Position numbers and translations under genes: made by a program. From Alphaproteobacteria bacterium (GTDB lineage Bacteria > Pseudomonadota > Alphaproteobacteria > SHVV01): a stretch of DNA of 64,000 nt. Location of the stretch: assembly GCA_965261735.1 (NCBI GenBank), contig OZ253470.1, forward strand, positions 4,896,001 through 4,960,000, given 5' to 3'. The notes below the pieces were generated by a model. It did not search any database. It worked only from the letters and a program-made list of their open reading frames with translations, and had not been told where the DNA came from. Position 1 is the first letter of the stretch, and every line of letters begins with the position of its first letter. Of this stretch, positions 52,075 to 61,656 are shown one piece after another.

Positions 52075-53240
52075 GCGACCCCACCGCCGACATCATCGCC
52101 TGGTCCCACGGCGACGGTCGCCGCATCCGCGGCATGGGCCCCTTGCTACACGCCTACGCGGAGCGGCTCCGGCGCGGCGGTGTCCCGGTCGATCGCATGA
52201 CCCTGTCGCTCCGCACCCTGCACCCGCAGGTCTCCGTTGCGGCGTACTTCTGGACCCCCGAGACGGGAATCACCGAGCGCACGGTCCCGCACGGCGCTGA
52301 TCTCACGGGCGCCTATCTCAACAGCCCCATCCGGCTCGTGTTCGAAGGCGCGCGCGAGGTCCGCCGCGGGCTCCTGGGCGGCGACGAGGGCATGGATTTT
52401 CCGATCCTCTTCGAGCTGCGAGAGGAGGGCCCCGCCGACTACCTGGCCGTGCCCGCACCCTTCAGCGACGGCCTCGCCAACGCGATGACGTTCGCGACAC
52501 GCCGCAAGGAGGGTTTCGCGGACGCCCAGGTCGTGATGATCCGCGACACCCTCGAGGTGCTGTGCCCGCTGATCGAGATACAGGCGGTGCGCCAGCTCGC
52601 GAGCATCGTGCTCGAGACCTATCTCGGCAAGGACACCGGCGCCAAGGTCCTGGAGGGCGAAATCCAGCGCGGCCACTTCGACACCATCGATGCGGTGCTG
52701 TGGTTTTGCGATCTGCGCGATTTCACTGACGTGTCGCAACGCCTGCCGACGGCGCAGGTGATCGAGCTACTGAACGCCTATTTCGGGATCATCGGCGCCG
52801 CCGTCGAGAGCCACGGCGGCGAAATACTCAAATTCATCGGCGACGCGGTGCTGACGATTTTTCCGCTCGATCATGGCGCCGGCACGGCGGCCGTTTGCGC
52901 CAACGCCCTCGCCGCCGCGCACGAGGCGATCGCGGCCCGGCCGCAACTCGATGAAGAGGGCGGCGAGGCCGACCATCCCGTCGCCTTCGGCATCGCCCTC
53001 CACGTGGGCCAGGCTGCCTATGGCAACGTCGGTGCGCCCGACCGGCTCGATTTCACCGCGATCGGTCCGGCCGTCAATCTGGTCAGCAGGATCGCGGGAC
53101 TGTGTGGCGAGCTCGGCGCACCGCTGCTCGCGTCGGATGCTTTTGCCGGCGCGAGCGATGCGCCGCTCAGCTCGCTGGGGACGTTCGCTCTCAAGGGAAT
53201 AGCCGAGCCGCAGCCCGTCTCCGGCTTGCCTCCGAGCTGA
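52071..53240 (+). CDS. Class III adenylate/guanylate cyclase
   Basis: FCDLRDFT, KFIGDA, RLDFTAIGPAVNLVSR, LKG. Confidence 0.92.
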   Translation: MSDPTADIIAWSHGDGRRIRGMGPLLHAYAERLRRGGVPVDRMTLSLRTLHPQVSVAAYFWTPETGITERTVPHGADLTGAYLNSPIRLVFEGAREVRRGLLGGDEGMDFPILFELREEGPADYLAVPAPFSDGLANAMTFATRRKEGFADAQVVMIRDTLEVLCPLIEIQAVRQLASIVLETYLGKDTGAKVLEGEIQRGHFDTIDAVLWFCDLRDFTDVSQRLPTAQVIELLNAYFGIIGAAVESHGGEILKFIGDAVLTIFPLDHGAGTAAVCANALAAAHEAIAARPQLDEEGGEADHPVAFGIALHVGQAAYGNVGAPDRLDFTAIGPAVNLVSRIAGLCGELGAPLLASDAFAGASDAPLSSLGTFALKGIAEPQPVSGLPPS

Positions 53241-53288
53241 ATCCTGCTACCGTCTTGGCCCGCGTCGCCGAAGAGACGGAGCACAGCG

Positions 53289-53588
53289 ATGGCCCCCTTC
53301 GCCCACATCCTCGAGATCAAGCTCGATGCATCCTCGCGTGATGCGTTCGATTCGCTGCTGCGCGACAACGCCAAGGTCACGCGGGCCGAGGCGGGCTGCC
53401 TCTCCTACACCGTGCACGTCGCCGACGAGGACCCCCACCGCTACGTGCTCTACCAGATCTTCGCCGACGAAGCGGCCTTCGAGGTCCATCGGCAGTCGCC
53501 CCACCTCGAGCACTTCCGTGAACAAGCGGGCGGCATGTTCACGCTCGAGAAGGTGACCAACCTAGGAACGCGCCCGGACCCCGATTGA
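53289..53588 (+). CDS. ABM-domain (putative quinol monooxygenase) protein
   Basis: EAGCLSY and AFEVHRQSPH. Confidence 0.85.
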   Translation: MAPFAHILEIKLDASSRDAFDSLLRDNAKVTRAEAGCLSYTVHVADEDPHRYVLYQIFADEAAFEVHRQSPHLEHFREQAGGMFTLEKVTNLGTRPDPD

Positions 53589-54755
53589 CCCGCGGCACGG
53601 CGGGACGCGACTGAGGAGACGCTGGCATGGCGGCCCCCCGAACAAGGGCCCGACCTGCCTCACGCTGGCGCTGATCCGCGACGACGGGCCCTTGCTCGGC
53701 GCCTAACAAACGGGCGTCTCCACGTTCCCGATATTCACGGCCCTGGCGCGCTGCCGAGCCGATCCGTAGCGGATTCGTTGGGGTGCCCTCGAATTGCCCC
53801 GATGGCGCCCCGTTGCCGCCATTCTCGCCGACGACCCTAGCGCCGACTGACGCGCAACGGCTTCGGCCGGCACGGGGAGCGAGGCGAGGGAATGATGAAA
53901 TCTGCAGGCGAAACACCGCCAAGGCGGCAATGGAAGACCTTGTCGTCGTGTCTGCGATCATGGCGCTTGCGCTGTTCGCCACAGCGGCCCCGGGCGAGCC
54001 TGCGCACACCGCGACGCAAGACCAATCGGCCTGGGTCATGGGCGACCCACTGGGCGCCGGCTCGGCTGCGAGCGCGTTCGCGATGCCGGCGGCCGCGCTG
54101 TTGGTAGCGACCGTAAATTTCCCATTTGTAACGACCCAAAATTTCTCACTTTGGGCTTGTCGCTGAAGGCGTCCCGGGCCGCTCTGTTGGCTTTGCCAAC
54201 AGAGCGGGATCGGTGCGCGGATGTACAAATGGGAGACCAGGATGTTGTTGAAGCACTATCTGGACCGGGGTGTCTCGAAGGCGGAGCTGTCGAGGCGGTT
54301 CGGGGTGAACCGTCGGACGATCCACAATTGGGTCGATACCGGCCAACTGGACCGGGATCTGGCGGCCGGTGCGCGAGGGTATTCGCCCCGTCCGCCTGTG
54401 GCCCACAAGCTGGACCCCTACAAGGCGATCATCGACGCCCGTCTTGAGGCGTTCCCGAAGCTGTCGGCGAAGCGGCTTTTCGATGAGGTCCGCGCTGCGG
54501 ACTACCCGGGCTGCTACTCTCGCGTGAACGACTACGTGCGGGCGACGCGACCGCGCGAACCGGTTGAATCGCTGGTCCGGTTCGAGACGCCGGCGGGGCG
54601 TCAGGGCCAGGTGGACTTCGGCTGCCCTGGGGCCGGCGCCATGCCCTGGTGATCGTCCTCGGCTACTCCCGGCTGCTGTGGCTGCACTTCTATACTCGGC
54701 AGACCATGCCGGTCGTGTCCCAGGACGTGGTGTAGGAGTTGTTGGAGCCTCTGTT

Positions 54756-54826
54756 AGCTGTGGGTAGGCGGCTTGCCGTAGCGACCGCCGAGAGTCTGGC
54801 GTAGGCAAGCCGGCTATCCACAGCGG
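54756..54826. repeat. 71-bp palindromic element, copy in the IS256-A leader
   Basis: Reverse complement is 59/71 identical, ungapped, to 60230-60300. Confidence 0.85.
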
Positions 54827-56063
54827 AGGCCATCGCGGTTCCGGTTTAGGGTTGGGCTAGTGCAAACCAACCTGACCCGAAGGAGAACCACGATGACCCA
54901 GGACATGATGACCCTACGCGCGCTTTTGGAGAAGAGCTCCGATGCCGATCTGCTTTGCGAGATGATCGGCTTCACGGCCGAGCGGCTGATGGCACTGGAG
55001 GTTGAGGGCCTGACCGGCGCCGGGCACGGCGAGCGCTCGGCGGATCGTATCACCCATCGCAACGGCTACCGCGACCGGTCCTGGGAGACGCGGGCCGGCA
55101 CGGTCGAGCTGAAGATCCCGAAGCTGAGGAAGGGAAGCTACTTCCCGGGCTTCCTGGAGCCGCGGCGGATGGCCGAGAAGGCGCTGGCTGCGGTGATCCA
55201 GGAGGCCTACATCCAGGGGGTGTCGACCCGCTCGGTCGACGATCTGGTTCAGGCGATGGGGATGTCGGGCGCCTCCAAGAGCCAGGTCTCCAGGCTGTGC
55301 GGCGAGATCGACGATAAGGTCACCGGCTTCCTCGATCGACCGCTGGAGGGCGACTGGCCCTATCTGTGGCTCGACGCCACCTACGTGAAGGTGCGCCAGA
55401 CCGGACGCATCGTCTCGGTCGCGGTGACCGTGGCTGTGGCCGTCAACGACCAAGGCCGCCGCGAGGTCCTGGGCGTGGCGATCGGCGCGTCGGAGGCCGA
55501 GACCTTCTGGACCGAGTTCCTGCGCTCGCTGGCCCGGCGCGGGGAGTGTCAGAAGATTTGTGCTCGGGCCGTTTTGCCAGACATTGACGAACCTTTCGCC
55601 GAAGATGACGGCGAACTGTGTTTTGGCCTCGAACCATTCCCGCGGCGGACGTTTCCACGTCTCGGCCGCATGATCGAGAACGAGATATAACAACTTCGAG
55701 GCGGCCTCGTCACTGGGGAAGTGGCCGCGGGTGCGGACAGCGCGCCGGATCTTGGCGTTGAGCGACTCGATGGCGTTTGTGGTGTAGACAATCCTGCGTA
55801 CCGCCTCGGGGAAGACAAAGAAGGGCGAGACGTGTTCCCAGTTGCGCCGCCAGCTCTGTGCGATGGCCGGATATTTCTCGCCCCAGGGGCCGGCCTCGAA
55901 GGCATCCAGCGCCGCCAGGCCGGCATCGGCGTCCTTGGCCCGGTATACGTCCCTGAGCGCCTTGGCCACATGTTTTCGATCCTTCCATGACGCAAAATTC
56001 ATGGAATGGCGGATCAGGTGGACGATACAGGTCTGAACCACAGTCTCGGGGAAGGTGGCGTTG

Positions 56064-57457
56064 GGCTGTGTCTCGAAAGTGGTGGAAATTTGAGGATGGC
56101 GTAATCTCCGGGTGACAAGACAACCACCCAATCGGCGGCTAGCACCGCCAAGGAGATCACGCCATGAAGAACACTACCGAGACTTCCGCGCTTTCGCTAC
56201 TGGCCAATGACGCCGGCTATGATCCGATCGAGGACCGGCTGCGGGAGAACATCAGATCCACGATCGAGGCCGTTTTTGAGGAGGAACTTGCGCAGTTTCT
56301 CGGGCGCTGCCGATACGGTCGAGAGGACGCGCTTCGGCAAGGGTATCGGAACGGGCACCGGGAGCGGCAACTGACGGGGACATTCGGGACCGAGAGGGTG
56401 AGCGTGCCGCGTGCGCGGATCGTTGAGGAAGACGGTCGGGCGTCGGAATGGCGTTCGCGGGCGCTGCCGCGCTACCAGCGGCTGACCAGAAAGGCCGAGG
56501 CGCTGATCGCTTCGGTGTATCTGTCCGGAACCAACACGCGGCGGGTGAAACGCGCGCTGTTCGGGCTCTTCCGGGGTGCTGTGAGCAAGGACGTTGTGAG
56601 CCGGGCGTGGCGCAAGGTGAAGGTCGATTGGGACGCCTGGTGCAGCCGTGGCCTCGCGGATGAGGATATCGTTCGGCTGATCCTTGACGGCACTGTGATC
56701 AAGACCCGACTGGACCGCAAGGCCACCAACATCTCGGTTCTCGCGGCTATAGGGGTGCGCCGGGATGGCCAGAAGGTCTTGCTTTCGATCGGGAATATGG
56801 GCGGAGAAAGCCAGGCGGCGTGGCGCCAGTTCCTCGACGACCTTGATGCGCGTGGACTGAAACGGCCCGGGTTTGTCATCGTCGATGGCGCGCCGGGACT
56901 GGAGGCGGCTCTGTCGGCGCTTTGGGGCGATGACCTTCCCGTTCAACGCTGCACCGTGCACAAGCACCGCAACCTTCTGGGTCATGCTCCCAAACACATG
57001 CATGACGAGCTGAGCGAAGATTACCGCGATATGATCTATGCCGACACTGCCTCCGAGGTGGAAACCCGCCGCAAGGCGTTTGTCCGCAAGTGGCGGCTGA
57101 AATGCAGGGCCGTCGCGGACAGCCTCGCAGAAGCGGGCGACAAGCTCTTTACCTTCACGCGCCTGTCCAAGAGCCAATGGAAATCAGCCCGAACGACCAA
57201 CGCCATTGAGCGTCTCAACGAGGAGTTCAAGCGCCGGATCAAAACACAGACCGTGCTGCCGTGTCCCGAAACAGTGCCGATGCTCCTCTGGGCACTCCTC
57301 GCTTCCGGCCAAATCCAGATGCGCAAAGTCGATGGATGGGAAACCCTCGATCAGCTAATCGCCGACGAAACCCTTGACCGCGCAGCCTGACCGCCGCAAA
57401 ACTCAACCCGCTCGGAGAGGCGCCAAAACCAATTTCCACCACTTTCGAGACACAACC
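56064..57457 (+). mobile_element. IS256-family element C, copy 2, complete
   Basis: 27-bp IRs gg(c/t)tgtgtctcgaaagtggtggaaatt. 8-bp TSD tggcgttg at 56056-56063 and 57458-57465. Confidence 0.97.
56164..57390 (+). CDS. IS256-family transposase, intact
   Basis: YRNG, VPRAR, DDE motifs, 408 aa. Confidence 0.96.
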   Translation: MKNTTETSALSLLANDAGYDPIEDRLRENIRSTIEAVFEEELAQFLGRCRYGREDALRQGYRNGHRERQLTGTFGTERVSVPRARIVEEDGRASEWRSRALPRYQRLTRKAEALIASVYLSGTNTRRVKRALFGLFRGAVSKDVVSRAWRKVKVDWDAWCSRGLADEDIVRLILDGTVIKTRLDRKATNISVLAAIGVRRDGQKVLLSIGNMGGESQAAWRQFLDDLDARGLKRPGFVIVDGAPGLEAALSALWGDDLPVQRCTVHKHRNLLGHAPKHMHDELSEDYRDMIYADTASEVETRRKAFVRKWRLKCRAVADSLAEAGDKLFTFTRLSKSQWKSARTTNAIERLNEEFKRRIKTQTVLPCPETVPMLLWALLASGQIQMRKVDGWETLDQLIADETLDRAA

Positions 57458-59393
57458 TGGCGTTGATCGCCTCGGGGAAGCCCTTGAGACCATCGACGAC
57501 GGCGAGCAGGATGTCCTGCACGCCCCGGTTCTTGAGCTCATTCATGACGCGCAGCCAGAACTTGGCGCCTTCGGTCTGCTCGATCCACAGACCGAGGATC
57601 TTCTTGGTGCCATCGGGAAGAATGGCGAGGGCGATATACACCGCCTTGTTGCGAACGAACCCCTCGTCGCGGATCTTGACCCGGATGGCGTCGAAGAAAA
57701 CGATGGCGTAGCAGGCATCCAGCGGCCGGTTCTGCCATTCGCTCACCTCCTCGAGAACGGCATCGGTGACCGTTGAGATCAGGTCCGGTGAGACCTCTAT
57801 ACCGTACAGCTCCTGAAGGTGACCGCGGATCTCGCGGACCGTCATGCCGCGGGCATACATGGAGATGATCTTCTCGTCGAAGTCCGGGAACCGGCGCTGG
57901 TATTTAGCGATCAGCTGCGGATCGAAGGTGCCGGCCCGGTCACGTGGAATATCCAGCGTCACCTTCGACGTACCCGTGAGGACCGTCTTCTGCGATCGGC
58001 CGTTATGGCGATTGGTTTTTCCATCCGCCGTTTCCGCATCGAGATGCGCGTCGAGCTCCGCATTCAGGACACGTTCCGACAGCCCTTTCTTCAACTCGTC
58101 AAGCAGACCGTCCTGGGTGAATACCGTTTCCGGATCACGCCCCTCCAACAGCTGGTCCAATAGTTCCTTCTCGATTGCCATAGGATGCTCCTTTCTTTTT
58201 CATCACTATGGCCCAAAGCACAAAATTCCGGATACTCCCCCGGCGCGGGCTGCGCGGCGTGAAGCTGGTGATCTCCGACGACCACAAGGGCCTGAAGGCC
58301 GCCGCGACCCGGATCCTCGGCGCCACATGGCAGCGCTGCCGCGTGCACTTCGCCCGCAACCTGCTGGCCCATGCCGGCCGCCAGGGCCGGCGCGTCGTCT
58401 CCGCCTTCGTCGCCACCGCCTTCGCCCAGGAGGACGCCGACAGCGCGAAGGTCCAGTGGCGCCAGGTCGCCGACCAGCTCAGGCCCAAGGTGCCCAAGCT
58501 GGCAGTTCTCATGGACGAAGCCGAGCACGACGTCCTCGCCTACATGAGCTTCCCCAGGGAGCACCGCCAGAAATTGCACTCCACAAACCCGATCGAACGG
58601 CTCCATGCCGAGGTCAAGCGTCGCACCAACGTCGTCGGTATCTTTCCCAACGAAGCCGCCATCACACGGCTCGTCGGCGCCATCCTTCTCGAGCAGAACG
58701 ACGAGCGGGCCGTCTCAAGGAGATACATGACGCTGGAATCCATCGCTCCGCTGAGCGATGGTGTCCCCATCACGCTGCCCACCGTGGCAGCCTGAACGTC
58801 CCGGCCCTACCCGCCGGGAGCCGCGTAGAGCGCAACGCTCTTACACCACTCCGCGGGACACGATCACCATGCCGGTCCTGATGGAAGGTCTGGAGAGCGC
58901 CTTCGACCGGTTCGGCGGGGTTCCGGAGGAGCTGCTGTTCGACCAGATGCGCGCCGTGGTGCTGTCCGACGACCGCGGGGCCGGCGGCGGCCTGGTGCTG
59001 AACGAGGAGTTTCTGCGGTTCGCCGCGCACTGGGGGGTTCATGCCGCGCTCGTGCCGACCCTATCGGGCCCAGACCAAGGGCAAAGTGGAGCGCCCGATC
59101 CGCTACATCCGCGAGAGCTTCTTCTACGGCCGCTCGTTTGCGAATGACAACGATCTCAACGAGCAGGCCGTGCGCTGGCTGGAGGGCACAGCCAACGTCC
59201 GCCGGCATGCCACGACCGGGGAGCGTCCTGTCGACCGCTTCGAGCGCGACGAGCGAGCGGTGCTTCTCCCCTTGGCGAACCATCCCTATCGACGTCTCGG
59301 CGTCCGGCATGCTCCGGAGCCCGCGCCGCGGCGACTGCCGGCAACCGTGAAGGTCGAGCGGCGACCGCTTAGTGTCTATGCGGAGGCGCTGCA

Positions 59394-60191
59394 ATGAACG
59401 CTCCGGCGCCGGCCCGGCGCGACCGGCTGCGGGCAATGCTGGCGGACCTCAAGATGCCGGGCGCGCTGGAGGCCGTCGACGGCATCCTCTCGGACGCCGA
59501 CGGCGGCACGATCTCGGCGGTCGAGGCCATCGAGCAGTTGCTGAACGCCCAGATCGTGCTGCGCAACAACCGCCGTCTCCAGACCGCCATGCGCTCTTCG
59601 CGGCTGCCGGCTGTGAAGACGCTCGATCAGTTCGACTTCGCCTTCCAGCCCAGCATCAAGCGCGAGCAGATCGAGAGCTTGCACGAGCTCGGCTTCCTGG
59701 ACCGCGGCGAGAACGTGATCCTGCTCGGCCCACCAGGCGTCGGGAAAACGCACTTGGCGATCAGCCTCGCGATCGCGGCGGCCGAGGCCGGCCGGCGCGT
59801 CTACTACGGCACGCTCGCGGCGCTGATCGAGTCCCTCACCGAGGCCAAGGCCGCCGGCAATCTGACCCGGCGGCTGCGCGTGCTCACCCATCCGGCCCTG
59901 CTGGTGGTCGACGAGATCGGCTACCTGCCGGTCAACCAGGACGGCGCCGTGCTCTTCTTCCAGCTCATCAACGCCCGGCACGAGAGGGCGTCGACTGTGC
60001 TGACGTCGAACAAGGGTTTCGAGGACTGGGGTGGCGTGCTCGGCGACGAGGTCATGGCGGCGGCTCTCATCGACCGCCTTGTGCACCACTGCCACATCGT
60101 CAACATCCGGGGCAACAGCTACCGGATGAAGGAGCATCAGAACCTGCTGCAGTCCGGCTCGGATCGACGCAGGAAAAGAGCCGCCGCGTGA
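59394..60191 (+). CDS. istB: IS21 helper ATPase
   Basis: GPPGVGKTHLA, VVDEIGY, TSNK, IDRLVHH, GNSYR. ATGA overlap with istA. Confidence 0.96.
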   Translation: MNAPAPARRDRLRAMLADLKMPGALEAVDGILSDADGGTISAVEAIEQLLNAQIVLRNNRRLQTAMRSSRLPAVKTLDQFDFAFQPSIKREQIESLHELGFLDRGENVILLGPPGVGKTHLAISLAIAAAEAGRRVYYGTLAALIESLTEAKAAGNLTRRLRVLTHPALLVVDEIGYLPVNQDGAVLFFQLINARHERASTVLTSNKGFEDWGGVLGDEVMAAALIDRLVHHCHIVNIRGNSYRMKEHQNLLQSGSDRRRKRAAA

Positions 60192-60229
60192 TCGCCGGCT
60201 CAAACGGAGACAGGAGCGGTGACACCCGC

Positions 60230-60300
60230 CCGCTGTGGATAACCGGGTTGTCGCCGCCAGACTCTTGGCGGTCGCTGCGCCAACCCGGTTACCTACAGCT
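60230..60300. repeat. 71-bp palindromic element, copy in the IS21 trailer
   Basis: gctgtggataaccgggttg...caacccggttacctacagc hairpin. TGTGGATAA at 60234-60242. Confidence 0.85.
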
Positions 60301-60604
60301 CGACCAAGTCCGACACCCCAAACACCGCGTCTGGGGGTACGACCGAACGCTCAAAGTGAGAAATATTTCGATCGACAAAAGTGGGAAATTTTCAGTCGCA
60401 ATTGACACGCGCCGCATGTCGCCGCGCCGCCGCCCGTACTCCCGGGTAGTCGCCTTGGCTCGGCCCCCTCGTCGAGCCCGACGTCGGTTCCGAGGCGTGG
60501 CAACACGGCTCCGAGACCGCCGTCGCTCCGCCGCAGGCCTCGATCGATACGGAGCCGCGCTGCGGTCGCACGGCGAAGGGCTATCGGCTCCTCGGCGGCG
60601 TTCG

Positions 60605-61622
60605 CTAGATGAGGTAGGGACGCTCCGCCGGCGCGGCCGCTCCCGCCACGGCTGGATCGGGCTTGCGCGCGACGTAGAATTCGAGGCCCATACCATCGGG
60701 GTCGCGGATGAGGAAGCTGCGCTTGGTGGCGCTGTCGATCCTCTTCTCGAGCGCGACACCCGCACCCGCCAAGGCCGCCTCGGCGGTATCCAGCTCCGCC
60801 TCGTCGGCGACCTGATAGCCGTAGTGGTGAACCGACTGCGGCGAGCCCGGCGCCTGGCGGACTGAGGGCGATGTCGAAGGCATAGCCCGTGGCCGGGCCG
60901 GCCAGGCACACGAGCCCGCCGTCGTCGGAGGTGTGGATCAGTTTGAGACCGGCGACCTCGGCATAGAACGCGACCATGCGATCGAAATACCGCGTCATCA
61001 GCACCGCATGGGTCAGCCGCAGCGGGTGGATGAGCGCCTCCGCCACGCGCTTGATCTTAGGATTCGTGTGGTAGCGCGCGTCCGTCGCCGCGGGTTCCGC
61101 GTTGGGGTCCCAATTGCCGGTCATTTCGCGCCCCGGAATGTGGCCGTCGAAGCAGGTCCACCAGTCCTTGACCGAGTCGGCATAAAACTCGTGCAGGTAG
61201 CCGTCGGGGTCGAACACATAGACGCTGCGCGACACGGTGTGGTCGACGACGCGGTGGATGTTGAGGCCCGCCGCGACGGCGCGGTTGTAGGCATCGACGA
61301 GCGCCTTCTCGTTCTCCAGCTCCCAGCCGAAATGGTTGAGCCCGGCCTGGATACCGCGGCCCTTGGGGATCTGCAGGTGGCCGCCGCGGCCGATGACCGG
61401 CTTGGTGCCGTCCATCGTCTGGATGAGCGCCAGGTCGTGGTGCGTGTTGCCGTTGGTCAGCAGAGCCGCCTCCATCTCGGTCTCGCGGAAGCACCCCTCG
61501 AAGCCACAGATATCGCGGTAGAAGTGCAGCGACTTCTGGAAGTCGCCTACGAAAAGGTTGGCGTGCCCAAGCCGGCGCGGTGAGAACCTCACGGGCTGCA
61601 CGTCGTGAGTCTGGATCGTCAT
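60605..61622 (-). pseudogene. Two-domain VOC/extradiol dioxygenase-like protein, frameshift near 60863
   Basis: LGHANL, HHDLAL, NHFGWE, DPDGYLHEF. C-terminal VHHYGY...DPDGMGLEFY lies in another frame. Confidence 0.85.
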
Positions 61623-61656
61623 CGATGGTCCCTCCGTGGGGTTGCGCGGCCCGGCC

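Larger units (their letters stand above)
55542..58239 (-). mobile_element. IS256-family element B (transposase start 58181, interrupted)
   Basis: IRs gggagt...tttgtgct. 8-bp TSD ccggcgcg at 55534-55541 and 58240-58247. Confidence 0.95.
54711..58865 (+). mobile_element. IS256-family element A (transposase 54893-58795, interrupted)
   Basis: IRs ggtcgtgtccc...gtggtgta. 8-bp TSD accatgcc at 54703-54710 and 58866-58873. Confidence 0.95.
54221..59397 (+). pseudogene. istA: IS21 transposase, interrupted and frameshifted
   Basis: RFETPAG.QGQVDF, LGYSR, FDQM, QTKGKVER. Frameshifts near 54622 and in a G run near 59035. Confidence 0.92.
54099..60407 (+). mobile_element. IS21-family element hosting three nested IS256
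   Basis: TG...CA ends with repeated aaatttcccA/atttctcacttt boxes. 5-bp TSD cgcgc at 54094-54098 and 60408-60412. Confidence 0.95.
53892..60608 (+). pseudogene. Degraded small membrane/exported protein gene interrupted by IS21
   Basis: RBS and ATG at 53892. Hydrophobic segment in a shifted frame. Coding-like tail at 60408-60608. Confidence 0.3.

Noticed and set aside
53571-53620. cacggcgggac resembles the 3' part of a guanidine-I (ykkC) riboswitch
   Set aside because: It lacks the following AAAAGCCCG and the upstream CTAGGGTTCCG core, and it overlaps a CDS end.
53780-53811. ggggtgcc hairpin resembling a TPP riboswitch start
   Set aside because: No CTGAGA motif or downstream TPP core.
60351-60860. 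C-terminal extension of the 446-aa VOC ORF
   Set aside because: Artefact of the frameshift. The true C-terminus is in the frame ending at 60605.
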